Shown here piece by piece: positions 9,197 through 18,071 of a stretch of DNA of 49,532 nucleotides (position 1 is its first letter; each line of letters opens with the position of its first letter). The stretch is from the NCBI GenBank assembly GCA_050008795.1, contig JBEKLX010000003.1, forward strand, positions 1-49,532, in the 5' to 3' direction. The translations under genes and the position numbers were made by a program. Under the pieces are notes generated by a model that saw nothing but the letters and a program-made list of their open reading frames with translations, was not told the origin of the DNA and searched no databases. The stretch comes from Verrucomicrobiia bacterium (lineage in GTDB: Bacteria; Verrucomicrobiota; Verrucomicrobiia; Palsa-1439).

Positions 9197-9412
9197 TCAC
9201 ACTGCATCTTTCCCGCTATTCAGCCTGGTTATCATGTCTTGGACCCAGCGCGCATGCCTGGATTCCTCGTTCTTAAGTTTCTCCAGAAGCTCTTTTACAA
9301 AGTCGATATTGCAGTGAATCGCCAGATCGGCATAGAAGTCGTGGGCTTCATTCTCTCTCCTCAACGCCTCCTGTAGGATTTGATCCAGCGTCCTCGATTC
9401 ACGTATTTCCAT
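9197..9412 (-). CDS. short rubrerythrin/ferritin-like protein (71 aa, two helices)
   Basis: LQEALRRENEAHDFY...LKNEESRH (E...EExxH); AGGAGG RBS. Confidence 0.75.
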   Translation of the reverse strand: MEIRESRTLDQILQEALRRENEAHDFYADLAIHCNIDFVKELLEKLKNEESRHARWVQDMITRLNSGKDAV

Positions 9413-9460
9413 TACTGGTCCCTCCTGTGCATGTCGGCTATCTTCATCTGGCGTCACCGA

Positions 9461-10009
9461 CTAACGATAAGTCTTGTCGTCCACACGGCTGAGATCAATT
9501 CCATCCTTGAAAACTCCAACCGTCACGACCGCGAATGTAAACACACTGGTGCCGGTTTCCAAGTGTCCGCCGAATGCCTTGTCGGCATCGCTCATGGTGA
9601 TGTGGGCGTGGATGCGGCCGTCAATCACGTATCCGTTCATGCTCACGATGTCAGCCGGGGCATCGGGGTTTTTCACAAAGTTATTCTTCGATGGGAACGT
9701 GCGATTGCTGACCACGTGGTAATTATAGCCGCGAACCGATCCGATGCCGGACAGGATCACAGCATTTCGAATATGCTGTTCTTTCACCATGCGCTCCAGA
9801 CCGGCAAGGAGGTCTGTTTGATACTTGAAACGCAGTACTAGGACCCGGTCGAATTGGCCACTCAGCGCATACGCCTCCGGCACCGTGTCGCTATTCGGCT
9901 TCGAATCCTCCGCGGGCTTGGCGGCATTGGTCACCTCGGTGCGGGTTGATTGGGCCGCCGCTATGCTGGTAATCGCCAGAAAACTTAGAATCTGAATCAG
10001 CGTGCGCAT
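9461..10009 (-). CDS. PPC/DUF296-domain protein with signal peptide
   Basis: AVILSGIGSV, IVSMNG, HAHITMS, FGGHL; cleavable N-terminus ending AAA-Q. Confidence 0.85.
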   Translation of the reverse strand: MRTLIQILSFLAITSIAAAQSTRTEVTNAAKPAEDSKPNSDTVPEAYALSGQFDRVLVLRFKYQTDLLAGLERMVKEQHIRNAVILSGIGSVRGYNYHVVSNRTFPSKNNFVKNPDAPADIVSMNGYVIDGRIHAHITMSDADKAFGGHLETGTSVFTFAVVTVGVFKDGIDLSRVDDKTYR

Positions 10010-10169
10010 GGGAATGCTCCTTGTTCAATAGGCATTGAGTACCATTTTATGGTTCGCGACGGTAAGCTAGCGCCCGAGTCTCTGCGTCGTCAAGGGCGGA
10101 AACCAACGTGATCCATGTGATGGAGTTCGACCTGTGCCTCTCAAGCCATCTGGTTCCGATGGACTGGCG

Positions 10170-12011
10170 TCAGAGCGCCCGAACTTTCGCAATGATTTTG
10201 GCGGCGCTGATCCCGTAATGATCGAGGAGTTCCTCGGCCTTGCCGCTGCGCGGCAGTTCGCGCACGGCGAGCTTGTGGACCCGGATGCCTTCGGGTGATA
10301 CCGCTGCGGCTACGGCATCGCCGATACCGCCATCAGCATAATGATCTTCAACGGTGATGATGGTGTTATTCGTGCATTTCGCCGACTCGATAAGCAGCGC
10401 GGCATCAATCGGTTTGACGCTGAACAAATCAATGACGCGAATGAACACGCCCTGCGCCTTGAGTTGCTCGTATGCCTTCAACGCCTCGTGGAGTGTCACG
10501 CCCGCGCCGACCACGGTGACTTTGTCGTGATCGCTGTGTCGGAGCACCTTGGCCTTGCCTATGCTGAACTGTTCATTTGCAGCATACAAGGTTGGCGTCT
10601 TTGGGCGCGACGTGCGGACGAACACCATGCCTACGTGATTGGCTGCCAGTTCTATAGCGCGCTCCGCACTGACGCCATCGCTTGGATACAACACGGTGCA
10701 ATCCACGATGGCGCGGAACAATCCCAGGTCCTCCAGTGCCATCTGCGACGGGCCGTCCTCGCCGATGGACACACCGCAGTGCGAGCCGACGAGTTTGATG
10801 TTTGCCCTGGAAATCGCCGCCATGCGGATTTGATCGGCAGCGCGTTCGAAGAACGCGGCAAACGTCGAGGCGAACGGCACTTTGCCACGTGATGCCAATC
10901 CCGCGGCGACGCTGACCATGTTTTGCTCGGCGATGTAACACTCGAAATAACGGTCTGGAAAAACCTTCATAAACTTCTCGGCGAAGGTCGAATTCTTCGT
11001 GTCGCCGTCCACCGCGACGATGCGCGGATCCACCTTGCCAAGCTTAGCCAATGCGACGCCGTAAGCCTCACGCGTTGCCGTCGTTTCACCGGGCTTGTAG
11101 GTGGGCGGTTCCATTGGTACAGGCGTATGCGCCGGGATTGGTTCGGCCTTGGGCGTGCGTTTGACCTTGGCAACGCCAACCTTCGTCATCTGCGCCTGCA
11201 ACTCGGCGATGGCCTTGTCGCATTCCTCGCCTTTCTTCAATGCCTTGCCGTGCCAGCCGTCTTTGTCCTCGCAGAACGATATACCTTTGCCCTTGATCGT
11301 CTTTGCCAGAATCACCACCGGCTGATCAGTCGCCTTGCGCGCTTTGCGCAACGCGGAAACGATCTGCGCCATGTCATGCCCGTCAATCACCAGCGGTTTC
11401 CAGCCGAATGCCGCCCAACGTTTCTTGTACGTGTCCATGTCGTGCTGAAGCATCGTAGCCTGCGACTGTCCGAGACGGTTGATGTCCACGATAGCCGTCA
11501 AATTGCCGAGCTTGTAGAAAGTTGCTATCGCAGCGGCTTCCCAGACCGAACCTTCTGCGGATTCGCCGTCGCCCATCATCACCCAAACGTGATAATCGCG
11601 TTTATCAAGTTTCCCTGCCAATGCCATGCCCACGCCAGCGCCAAGGCCTTGTCCAAGCGATCCCGTCGCCACATCCACGAAATCCAATCGCGGTGTCGGA
11701 TGTCCTTCGAGATTATTGCCGAATACGCGCAACTTGAGCAGTTCAGCTTCCGGTATATGACCAACCTCAGACCACGCGGCGTACAGGATCGGCGCGGCAT
11801 GACCTTTCGAGAGAACGAACCGGTCGTTGTTCGGGTTCTTCGGATTCTTCGGGTCGAACCGCATCCCGCCGAAGAACAACGCGGCGATGATATCGGCCGC
11901 CGAGCAACACGAAGTCGGGTGACCCGAAGCAGCCTCGGTCGTGGCGCGGATGGAATTGATTCGTAATTTGTTGGCAACATCTTTCAGGGCGGAAAGTTTA
12001 TCTGTCGTCAT
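10170..12011 (-). CDS. tkt: transketolase, single-chain metazoan-like type
   Basis: SGHPTSCCSAA, LSKGHAAP, TGSLGQG, GDGE TPP motif, SHCGVSIGEDGPSQMALED. Confidence 0.95.
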   Translation of the reverse strand: MTTDKLSALKDVANKLRINSIRATTEAASGHPTSCCSAADIIAALFFGGMRFDPKNPKNPNNDRFVLSKGHAAPILYAAWSEVGHIPEAELLKLRVFGNNLEGHPTPRLDFVDVATGSLGQGLGAGVGMALAGKLDKRDYHVWVMMGDGESAEGSVWEAAAIATFYKLGNLTAIVDINRLGQSQATMLQHDMDTYKKRWAAFGWKPLVIDGHDMAQIVSALRKARKATDQPVVILAKTIKGKGISFCEDKDGWHGKALKKGEECDKAIAELQAQMTKVGVAKVKRTPKAEPIPAHTPVPMEPPTYKPGETTATREAYGVALAKLGKVDPRIVAVDGDTKNSTFAEKFMKVFPDRYFECYIAEQNMVSVAAGLASRGKVPFASTFAAFFERAADQIRMAAISRANIKLVGSHCGVSIGEDGPSQMALEDLGLFRAIVDCTVLYPSDGVSAERAIELAANHVGMVFVRTSRPKTPTLYAANEQFSIGKAKVLRHSDHDKVTVVGAGVTLHEALKAYEQLKAQGVFIRVIDLFSVKPIDAALLIESAKCTNNTIITVEDHYADGGIGDAVAAAVSPEGIRVHKLAVRELPRSGKAEELLDHYGISAAKIIAKVRAL

Positions 12012-12021
12012 AGTGCGGTGG

Positions 12022-12050
12022 ATGCTAAAGGAATCGCCCGTTTGTGTCAA
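12022..12050 (-). promoter_or_regulatory. sigma70-type promoter of tkt
   Basis: TTGACA-17 nt-TAGCAT, 10 nt before the ATG. Confidence 0.65.
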
Positions 12051-12141
12051 CGACGGGGAAAGCAAGGTGTTAGTCAGGCGTACCGCTTTCCATCTTTACT
12101 CGAACTGAATCGCCGGCCATACTTGGGCGCTAGGAGGACAT

Positions 12142-12384
12142 ATGGAACAAACCAGCAAATCAAATGAGATGCGTCCGGCGGTTCGACTACTAATTGGAAT
12201 ATTCGCCACTTCGATGCTCTTCATTGGGCTGCCCATCTTAGTTTACCATGCCATTGCCGGTGGTTCTTGGGATATTTGGCTGTATGCGTTTTTGGTATTA
12301 GCTATAGGGGTAGGCTACGCTAAGATTGCGGTCACTGGTCGGTGGTTTTGTTTTCGGAAACCAAGCGGCCCAAAAGGTGCTTAA
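12142..12384 (+). CDS. small two-TM membrane protein, integron-cassette-like
   Basis: AGGAGG RBS, two hydrophobic helices, more AT-rich than neighbours, stop inside GCTTAAC. Confidence 0.65.
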   Translation: MEQTSKSNEMRPAVRLLIGIFATSMLFIGLPILVYHAIAGGSWDIWLYAFLVLAIGVGYAKIAVTGRWFCFRKPSGPKGA

Positions 12385-12445
12385 CACCGCGCTGAAGCCA
12401 ACGCCAAAAGCATTCTGGGCTTGCGGCGGCTGACCTCAATCATTC
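12379..12445 (+). mobile_element. decayed attC-like recombination site
   Basis: RYYYAAC (GCTTAAC), then accgcgctgaagccaacgcc ... gcggcggctgacctcaatc; the expected GTTRRRY end is degenerate (cattc). Confidence 0.5.
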
Positions 12446-12499
12446 CCTTCCCCACACCCTGACCTTCCGTTTCCGCTGGCTGATTGCTAGAGTTCCAGC

Positions 12500-13141
12500 A
12501 TGATCGAACCTGAATTGCTTTTGGACGCCTATCGCGACGGCATTTTTCCGATGGCGATAGGCCCCGACAAGTGCATCGGGGCAGGCAAGCGGGGTGACAT
12601 CGGTTGGTTCTCGCCCGATCCGCGCGCGATCATTCCGCTCAATGACCGGTTCCATATCCCCCACGGGTTGCGTCGCGTGCTCAAGCAGAAGAAGTTAGAC
12701 ATAACATTCGACACCGATTTCAAGGCCGTCATCCGCGCGTGCGCCAAACGGAAGGAAGGCACATGGATTTCCAGAACAATCATTGAGAGCTACTGCAATC
12801 TCCATCGCCTCGGTTACGCGCATAGTGTCGAGGTTTGGCTGGCCGAAACCGCCGCTCCACGCTCAACGCCCCACGCTTCACACTCTACGCGCCTAGCCGG
12901 CGGTTTGTATGGCGTCCATATCGGTGGCGCGTTTTTTGGCGAAAGCATGTTCCATCGCGCCACCGACGCCTCAAAGGTCGCGCTGGTGGCGTTGGTTGAA
13001 CGGCTGCGCTTGCGCGGATTCGTGTTGCTCGACACACAATGGATCACCCCGCACCTTGCACAGTTCGGCACCTACGAAATCCCGCGCGCGGAATACCTGC
13101 GGCGTCTGCGTCGCGCCGTGGCAATCAAGTGCGAGTTTTGA
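12500..13141 (+). CDS. aat: leucyl/phenylalanyl-tRNA--protein transferase
   Basis: AYRDGIFPM, WFSPDPRAII, GTWI, AHSVEVW, GGLYG, FFGESMF, ASKVAL, LLDTQ. Confidence 0.95.
   Translation: MIEPELLLDAYRDGIFPMAIGPDKCIGAGKRGDIGWFSPDPRAIIPLNDRFHIPHGLRRVLKQKKLDITFDTDFKAVIRACAKRKEGTWISRTIIESYCNLHRLGYAHSVEVWLAETAAPRSTPHASHSTRLAGGLYGVHIGGAFFGESMFHRATDASKVALVALVERLRLRGFVLLDTQWITPHLAQFGTYEIPRAEYLRRLRRAVAIKCEF
12559..12586. repeat. CCCCGA-loop-TCGGGG hairpin insertion in aat
   Basis: aggc-cccgacaagtgcatcgggg-caggc; aggc repeated 24 nt apart. Confidence 0.65.
12854..12888. repeat. five degenerate heptamer tandem repeats inside aat
   Basis: gctccac gctcaac gccccac gcttcac actctac. Confidence 0.75.
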
Positions 13142-13196
13142 GCTTGCGAGGCATTAACCTTTTGACGATTTTAACTTTTTAGACGGTTTAACATTC

Positions 13197-14260
13197 GTGA
13201 AGACCGCTGACTTCAATTACGTTTTGCCGCCGGAATTGATCGCGCAACAACCGTTGCCCGACCGCGCCGCATCGCGGATGATGGTCATTGAGCGCGCTAC
13301 GGGCGAGATTCGTCACGACCAGTTCCGCAACCTTGGCGCGTACCTACATGCTGGCGATTTGCTGGTGCTAAACGACACCAAAGTCATTTCCGCTCGTATC
13401 TGGTCGCAATCGCCTGTCGTTGAGTTGTTGCTCGTGGAAAACCTTGGCGATAACCGTTGGTCGGCGTTGGTCAAGCCCGGACATCGCGCCAAAGTTGGAT
13501 TCAAGCTGCGATTCACGCCGTGGTTCAACGCCGTTGTGGAAGGCGAGGCCGATTTCGGCGGACGCGTCCTCCGCTTTGAAGGCAACGTGGATTCGTATCT
13601 ACAACATCACGGTGCGCCGCCGTTGCTGCCGACCGAGATCGTTACCAAACGGTGTTCGCGCGGGCAGCCGGGGCGATTGCCGCGCCGACAGCAGGTTTAC
13701 ATTTCACCTCCGAGATACTGAAACAACTCAGTGAATTGGGCATCGAACATACGTTCATCACGCTGCACGTCGGCATAGGTACGTTTCGGCCCGTGAAGGT
13801 TGAAAACGTCGAAGAACACAAGATGCACGCCGAGAAGTTCTCCGTTTCCGCCGAAGCCGCAGCGGCAATGCGAGCAGTTTGGTCTTGTAGGAGGGGCATT
13901 CCTGCCCCGACCGGTCGCGACAAGAATGTCGCTCCCACAGAATCTAAGTCACGTATCGTAGCTGTCGGCACGACTGTGGTGCGAACACTGGAATCGCTGG
14001 GTGAACCCTGGTCGCCTATGGCGCCGCCAGAGGCGGGTAAACCACGCGCGGCGGAAGGTTCAACCGACATTTTTATACGTCCGCCATTCAAGTTCCGCGT
14101 GGTTGACGCGTTGTTGACGAATTTTCATCTGCCGCGCTCGACGCTATTGATGCTGGTGAGCGCATTCGCAGGGCGGGAATTAATCCTGCGTGCGTACGAC
14201 GAGGCCGTGCGAGAGCGGTACCGGTTTTTCAGCTACGGCGACTGCATGCTCATTCTTTGA
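13197..14260 (+). pseudogene. queA: S-adenosylmethionine:tRNA ribosyltransferase-isomerase, frameshifted by an internal deletion
   Basis: N half (LIAQQP, LVLNDTKVI) and C half ([39 protein letters not shown]) are in different frames; PPYI.R is missing at about 13626. Confidence 0.8.
13886..13939. repeat. REP doublet (REPIN-like), 54 bp, in frame within queA
   Basis: TGTAGGAGGGGCATTCCTGCCCCGA-ccgg-TCGCGACAAGAATGTCGCTCCCACA (second unit is the reverse complement of a GTGG-headed REP). Confidence 0.85.
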
Positions 14261-15188
14261 TGGCGTCGTTCATCTTCTTGGGCCAGACGAACGAGGCGAT
14301 GATCGACAGGGCCAGCAATCCCGCCACCACCGGAAGCGCGATGCCAACGGGTATTTCGCACCATCGGCTGAGCAGCATCTTCGCGCCGATGAACACCAGC
14401 ACCGCCGAAAGGCCAAATCGCAAGTGATGGAATAGCTCCATCGCGCCAGCCAACATGAAGTAGAGCGCCCGCAGCCCCATGATCGCAAACACGTTGGACG
14501 TGTACACCACGAACGTGTCGCGGGTAATGCCGAGCACGGCGGGGATGGAGTCCATCGCGAACACGATATCGGTCGTCTCCACTACCAGCAACACGACGAA
14601 CAACGGCGTCGCCATCAGGCGTCCATCCCGGCGCAGAAAAAACTTCGTTCCTACATAGTCCGTCGCCACGGGCACAAAGCGCCGAGACAACTTCAACACC
14701 GGGTTCTTCTCAGGCTCGATTGTTCGGTCATTCTGCAGTGCGATCTTTACCCCGCTAACGACCAGTACCACGCCCAATGCGTATAGGAACCAATGAAACT
14801 TCTGGATTAACGCCACGCCGCCGACAATGAAGGCCGCCCGAAACACCATCGCGCCTAGGATCCCCCAGAACAGGCAATTGTACTGATACTGCGATGGCAC
14901 TGCGAAATATGAGAAGATCAACAGGAAAACGAACAGGTTGTCCACGCTGAGCGATTCCTCTACGAGATACGCCGTCAGAAACTCCAGTGACGTGTGCGCT
15001 CCATTGGGGTGCAACCACCACACCAGCCCCATGTACGACAGCGCCAACGCAATCCACAGGCCGCTCCACAGCAGCGCTTCGCGAAACCTGATCGCATGCG
15101 CCTTGCGGTGGAATACCCCTATATCCAACGCCAGCACCGCCGCCACCACCACGCCAAAGATCGTCCACAAGGTCGCGCCTGCTGTCAT
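14250..15188 (-). CDS. TerC/Alx-family membrane protein
   Basis: [43 protein letters not shown]. Confidence 0.93.
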   Translation of the reverse strand: MTAGATLWTIFGVVVAAVLALDIGVFHRKAHAIRFREALLWSGLWIALALSYMGLVWWLHPNGAHTSLEFLTAYLVEESLSVDNLFVFLLIFSYFAVPSQYQYNCLFWGILGAMVFRAAFIVGGVALIQKFHWFLYALGVVLVVSGVKIALQNDRTIEPEKNPVLKLSRRFVPVATDYVGTKFFLRRDGRLMATPLFVVLLVVETTDIVFAMDSIPAVLGITRDTFVVYTSNVFAIMGLRALYFMLAGAMELFHHLRFGLSAVLVFIGAKMLLSRWCEIPVGIALPVVAGLLALSIIASFVWPKKMNDAIKE

Positions 15189-15294
15189 TGCGGGCGATTC
15201 TGCGAGCTGCCGGCAGTTGAGTCAACCGAAACCGGCTCTTATCAGCCGACGAGACTGGACAGGGCACCACCGTTTGCTATGCTCGCGCCATCCG

Positions 15295-15610
15295 ATGAAT
15301 AAAACGCTGCGAGTGCTGGCGGCATTGATATTGGTGGCGGTTCTGGCACGCGCCAGAACCGTGGCTGGGGTTGATTCAAATCGGACAACCAGTGAAAGTG
15401 CGCACCGATTCATCCCGCGAAGAGTTCACTGGCGCCATCAACAGATCAATCGACAGGCCGAGTTTACACCGCGGAATGTGCAGACGGTGGAAGACCGCGT
15501 TGCGGCAGGTGTTCGGCGTCAATGTCCGTTTGCCGGGCGACAACCTCAAACTCCGAGCGGGCATGAACGTGGACGCGTTCTTCCCCAACGTGCCGCCAAT
15601 ACCGAAATGA
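15295..15610 (+). pseudogene. remnant of a YbhG/HlyD-type membrane fusion protein
   Basis: signal-anchor start, then C-terminal motifs IGQPVKVRTDS, INRQAEFTPRNVQT.EDR and VFGV..L.....LRAGM split over frames; central region absent. Confidence 0.75.
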
Positions 15611-15624
15611 GCAACCACATGAAT

Positions 15625-15706
15625 GGCTGCGAAGAAGCGCAAAAGACGCAGAAGTTGTTTGCCTGGTTGCGTTGTCACTTTGCTATTTCTGCGCCTTTTT
15701 TCGGCC
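15625..15706. repeat. degenerate nonamer-repeat inverted element
   Basis: ggctgcgaagaagcgcaaaagacgcagaag ... ctttgctatttctgcgccttttttcggcc. Confidence 0.55.
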
Positions 15707-15722
15707 AACCTTGCCTTCCGAT

Positions 15723-17639
15723 ATGCCTGAACGTGACTTCATAATCGAGAGCGGGCCAGATGGTGGCAGTGCCGGAGTCTCCGTAAGAAAGTCCCGGTGG
15801 ATGCAGTATGGAATCTTGGGGACAGCGTGTGCGCTGGTCATCGGGGTTTACGTGTATGCCGCCCACTCGAGCGCGTTTGCATCGTTGAGCCCGAATGCGG
15901 CTGACGCTTATTACAATTTGCTGGTGCAGGGTTTTCGCGCCGGCCAGCTCAGCCTGAAGAAAGAGGTGCCGCCCGGACTTGCACAACTTGCCGACCTCTA
16001 CGATTCGACCGCCAATGCTCACTACCGATCTGGCTCGTACAAGATACTCGACCTGAGCTACTACAAGGGCCGGCTCTACCTCTACTTCGGGGTTACGCCC
16101 GCCTTGCTATTATTCTGGCCGTTCACTGCGCTGACCGGCCACTACCTTTTCCACGGACAAGCCGTGGCAATCTTTTGTGCCATGGGCTTTCTGGCCAACG
16201 TGGGCCTCCTGTGCGCATTGTGGCGGCGGTACTTTGCCGAAGTGAGCGTCTGGGTGGTGGCAGCTTGCACGCTCGTGCTCGGTCTGGCAACAGGCATGCC
16301 GGTGCTGTTGTCGCGATCCGATGTTTGTGAAGTGCCGATCAGTTGCGGGTACATGCTGACGATGTTGGCCCTGTGGGCGATTTGGTGTGCGTTGCACGAC
16401 ACGAGGCGAAGACACCAGTGGCTGGCGGCGGCGAGTGTGGCTTACGGGCTGGCACTGGGGGCGCGCCCATCCTTGCTGTTTGGCGCAGTCATTCTGTTGG
16501 TGCCGGTGGCGCAAGCGTGGCGTGAGCGACGACCGATTGGGACTCTGTTGACGGCGGCGCTCGGCCCGATCATGCTCATCGGGCTCGGGCTGATGCTCTA
16601 CAATGCCCTGCGATTCGACAATCCGCTGGAATTTGGGCAGCGCTACCAGTTGAATCCAGACCGGCAGGACAGTATCCAACATTTTAGTCTGCGCTATCTC
16701 TGGTTCAATTTTCGGATTTATTTTCTGGAGCCAGCCCGGTGGAGTAGTCGTTTTCCCTTCGTGCATGACATCGCAGCGCCACCCCTGCCAGCAGGCCGTG
16801 CAGAGGCTGAGCATTCCTTCGGAGTCCTGACTACCATTCCCCTGATATGGCTGGCACTGGCGGCGCCTCTGGCCTGGAGCAACTGGTCGGCGGAATCGCG
16901 CTCCGCCTTGCGCTGGTTCGTAACGGCTGTGGCGCTATTTTTTGGAATTTGCGCGTTGACCTTGGGTCTCTATTACTATTTGGCGGTCCGGTTTGAAGTG
17001 GAGTTTCTGCCCGCATTGGTGCTACTGGCCGTGGTTGGCATACTCAGCCTGGAGCGCGCGCTGGCCCCGACCTCGAAGTCGGGGCTGGCTGACCGGCCGG
17101 TCTGGCGGCATACGGTGCGCTGGGGCTGGGGGCTACTGCTCGGCTTCTCGGTAGCATTCAACCTATTTGCAGGTGTTAGGCAGCACGCCGGGGTGCACAA
17201 CGGTTTGGGGAACACTCTGCTCCGATCGGGCAAGGTGACGGAAGCGATGCAACACTACGAACAGGCGCTGCGGCTCAACCCCGATTACCCCGAGGCACAC
17301 TATAACCTGGGGTTTGCCTTGGCTCAGGCGGGCAAGGTGCAAGAGGCGATCGAGCACTACGAGCAGGCACTGCGGATCAAGCCCGATTATGCCGATGTAC
17401 ACAACAGTCTTGGAATTGCCCTGGCTCATGCGGGCAGGATGCAGGAGGCGATCGGACATTGGGAGCAAGCACTGCGGTTCAAACCCGATTTAGCCGAAGC
17501 GCACTACAATTTGGGATTTGCTCTGGAGCTAGAGGGCAAACTCAAGGATGCAATCGGACATTATAAGCAGGTGTTGCGGATCAAGCCCAATGACGCCATG
17601 GCACGGAGTGGACTGGCGCGATTGCAGGCTGTTCAGTGA
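15723..17639 (+). CDS. multi-TM membrane protein (GT-C-like) with C-terminal TPR repeats
   Basis: DLSYYKGRLYLYFG..P, RP motif, YNALRFDNPLEFG, four TPRs (AHYNLG..L...G...EAI.HY.QAL...P); start uncertain (15723 or 15801). Confidence 0.85.
   Translation: MPERDFIIESGPDGGSAGVSVRKSRWMQYGILGTACALVIGVYVYAAHSSAFASLSPNAADAYYNLLVQGFRAGQLSLKKEVPPGLAQLADLYDSTANAHYRSGSYKILDLSYYKGRLYLYFGVTPALLLFWPFTALTGHYLFHGQAVAIFCAMGFLANVGLLCALWRRYFAEVSVWVVAACTLVLGLATGMPVLLSRSDVCEVPISCGYMLTMLALWAIWCALHDTRRRHQWLAAASVAYGLALGARPSLLFGAVILLVPVAQAWRERRPIGTLLTAALGPIMLIGLGLMLYNALRFDNPLEFGQRYQLNPDRQDSIQHFSLRYLWFNFRIYFLEPARWSSRFPFVHDIAAPPLPAGRAEAEHSFGVLTTIPLIWLALAAPLAWSNWSAESRSALRWFVTAVALFFGICALTLGLYYYLAVRFEVEFLPALVLLAVVGILSLERALAPTSKSGLADRPVWRHTVRWGWGLLLGFSVAFNLFAGVRQHAGVHNGLGNTLLRSGKVTEAMQHYEQALRLNPDYPEAHYNLGFALAQAGKVQEAIEHYEQALRIKPDYADVHNSLGIALAHAGRMQEAIGHWEQALRFKPDLAEAHYNLGFALELEGKLKDAIGHYKQVLRIKPNDAMARSGLARLQAVQ
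17060..17089. repeat. CCCCGA-loop-TCGGGG hairpin insertion in the TPR membrane gene
   Basis: gctggc-cccgacctcgaagtcggg-gctggc; 6-nt direct repeat 24 nt apart; peptide LA-PTSKSG-LA. Confidence 0.75.
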
Positions 17640-17681
17640 CAGATTGGGTTACGGATATGGGAACAGAACCTTCTGAAGCTC

Positions 17682-17971
17682 GTGTCGACCAAGGCGCAAA
17701 CTCAAAATGAAGCGATGCAGATGAGTATGACCATCATGCTGCCGTCGATTTTCTTTTCCGGCTTAATCTTCCCACGCGAAACGATGCCGTGGATTTTCTA
17801 CGCGATAAGCACGATGCTGCCGTTGACCTATTTCATCGAATTGATGCGCGGGATAATACTGTGCGCGGCGAGGGGCTGACTGAATTCTAGCGGCACTTGA
17901 TGATTTTGGCGATCATGGGCGGAGTGCTGTTCTCCCTCTGTGCATTGCGTTTCAAGAAGAAGATAGCGTAG
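17682..17971 (+). pseudogene. C-terminal remnant of a YbhR/YbhS-type ABC-2 permease
   Basis: STKAQTQ.EAMQ...LPSIFFSG.IFP.ETMP...PLTYF...RGIIL, a 2-nt frameshift, an in-frame TAG, then ...LRFKKKIA*; no N-terminus. Confidence 0.8.
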
Positions 17972-18071
17972 AATTGGTTTTTATTCGGACCTGCTTTTCG
18001 ATATACGCTTTGGCAGCGCAACGGTCGAGGTTGGTGCGGCGGCGAGCAATTCGCATTAAGATGAGGGCACC

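Noticed and set aside
9067-9200. tRNA-Arg as an island integration site
   Set aside because: No integrase and no convincing duplicate of the tRNA 3' end seen in the window
7986-11966. Long antisense ORFs (7986-9029, 10923-11966; likewise 22942-23964, 29647-30543, 31030-32040)
   Set aside because: Shadow frames of well-supported genes, expected from GC-rich codon bias
17190-17600. ~102-nt periodic repeats as a CRISPR-like array
   Set aside because: They are codon-degenerate TPR repeats inside an ORF
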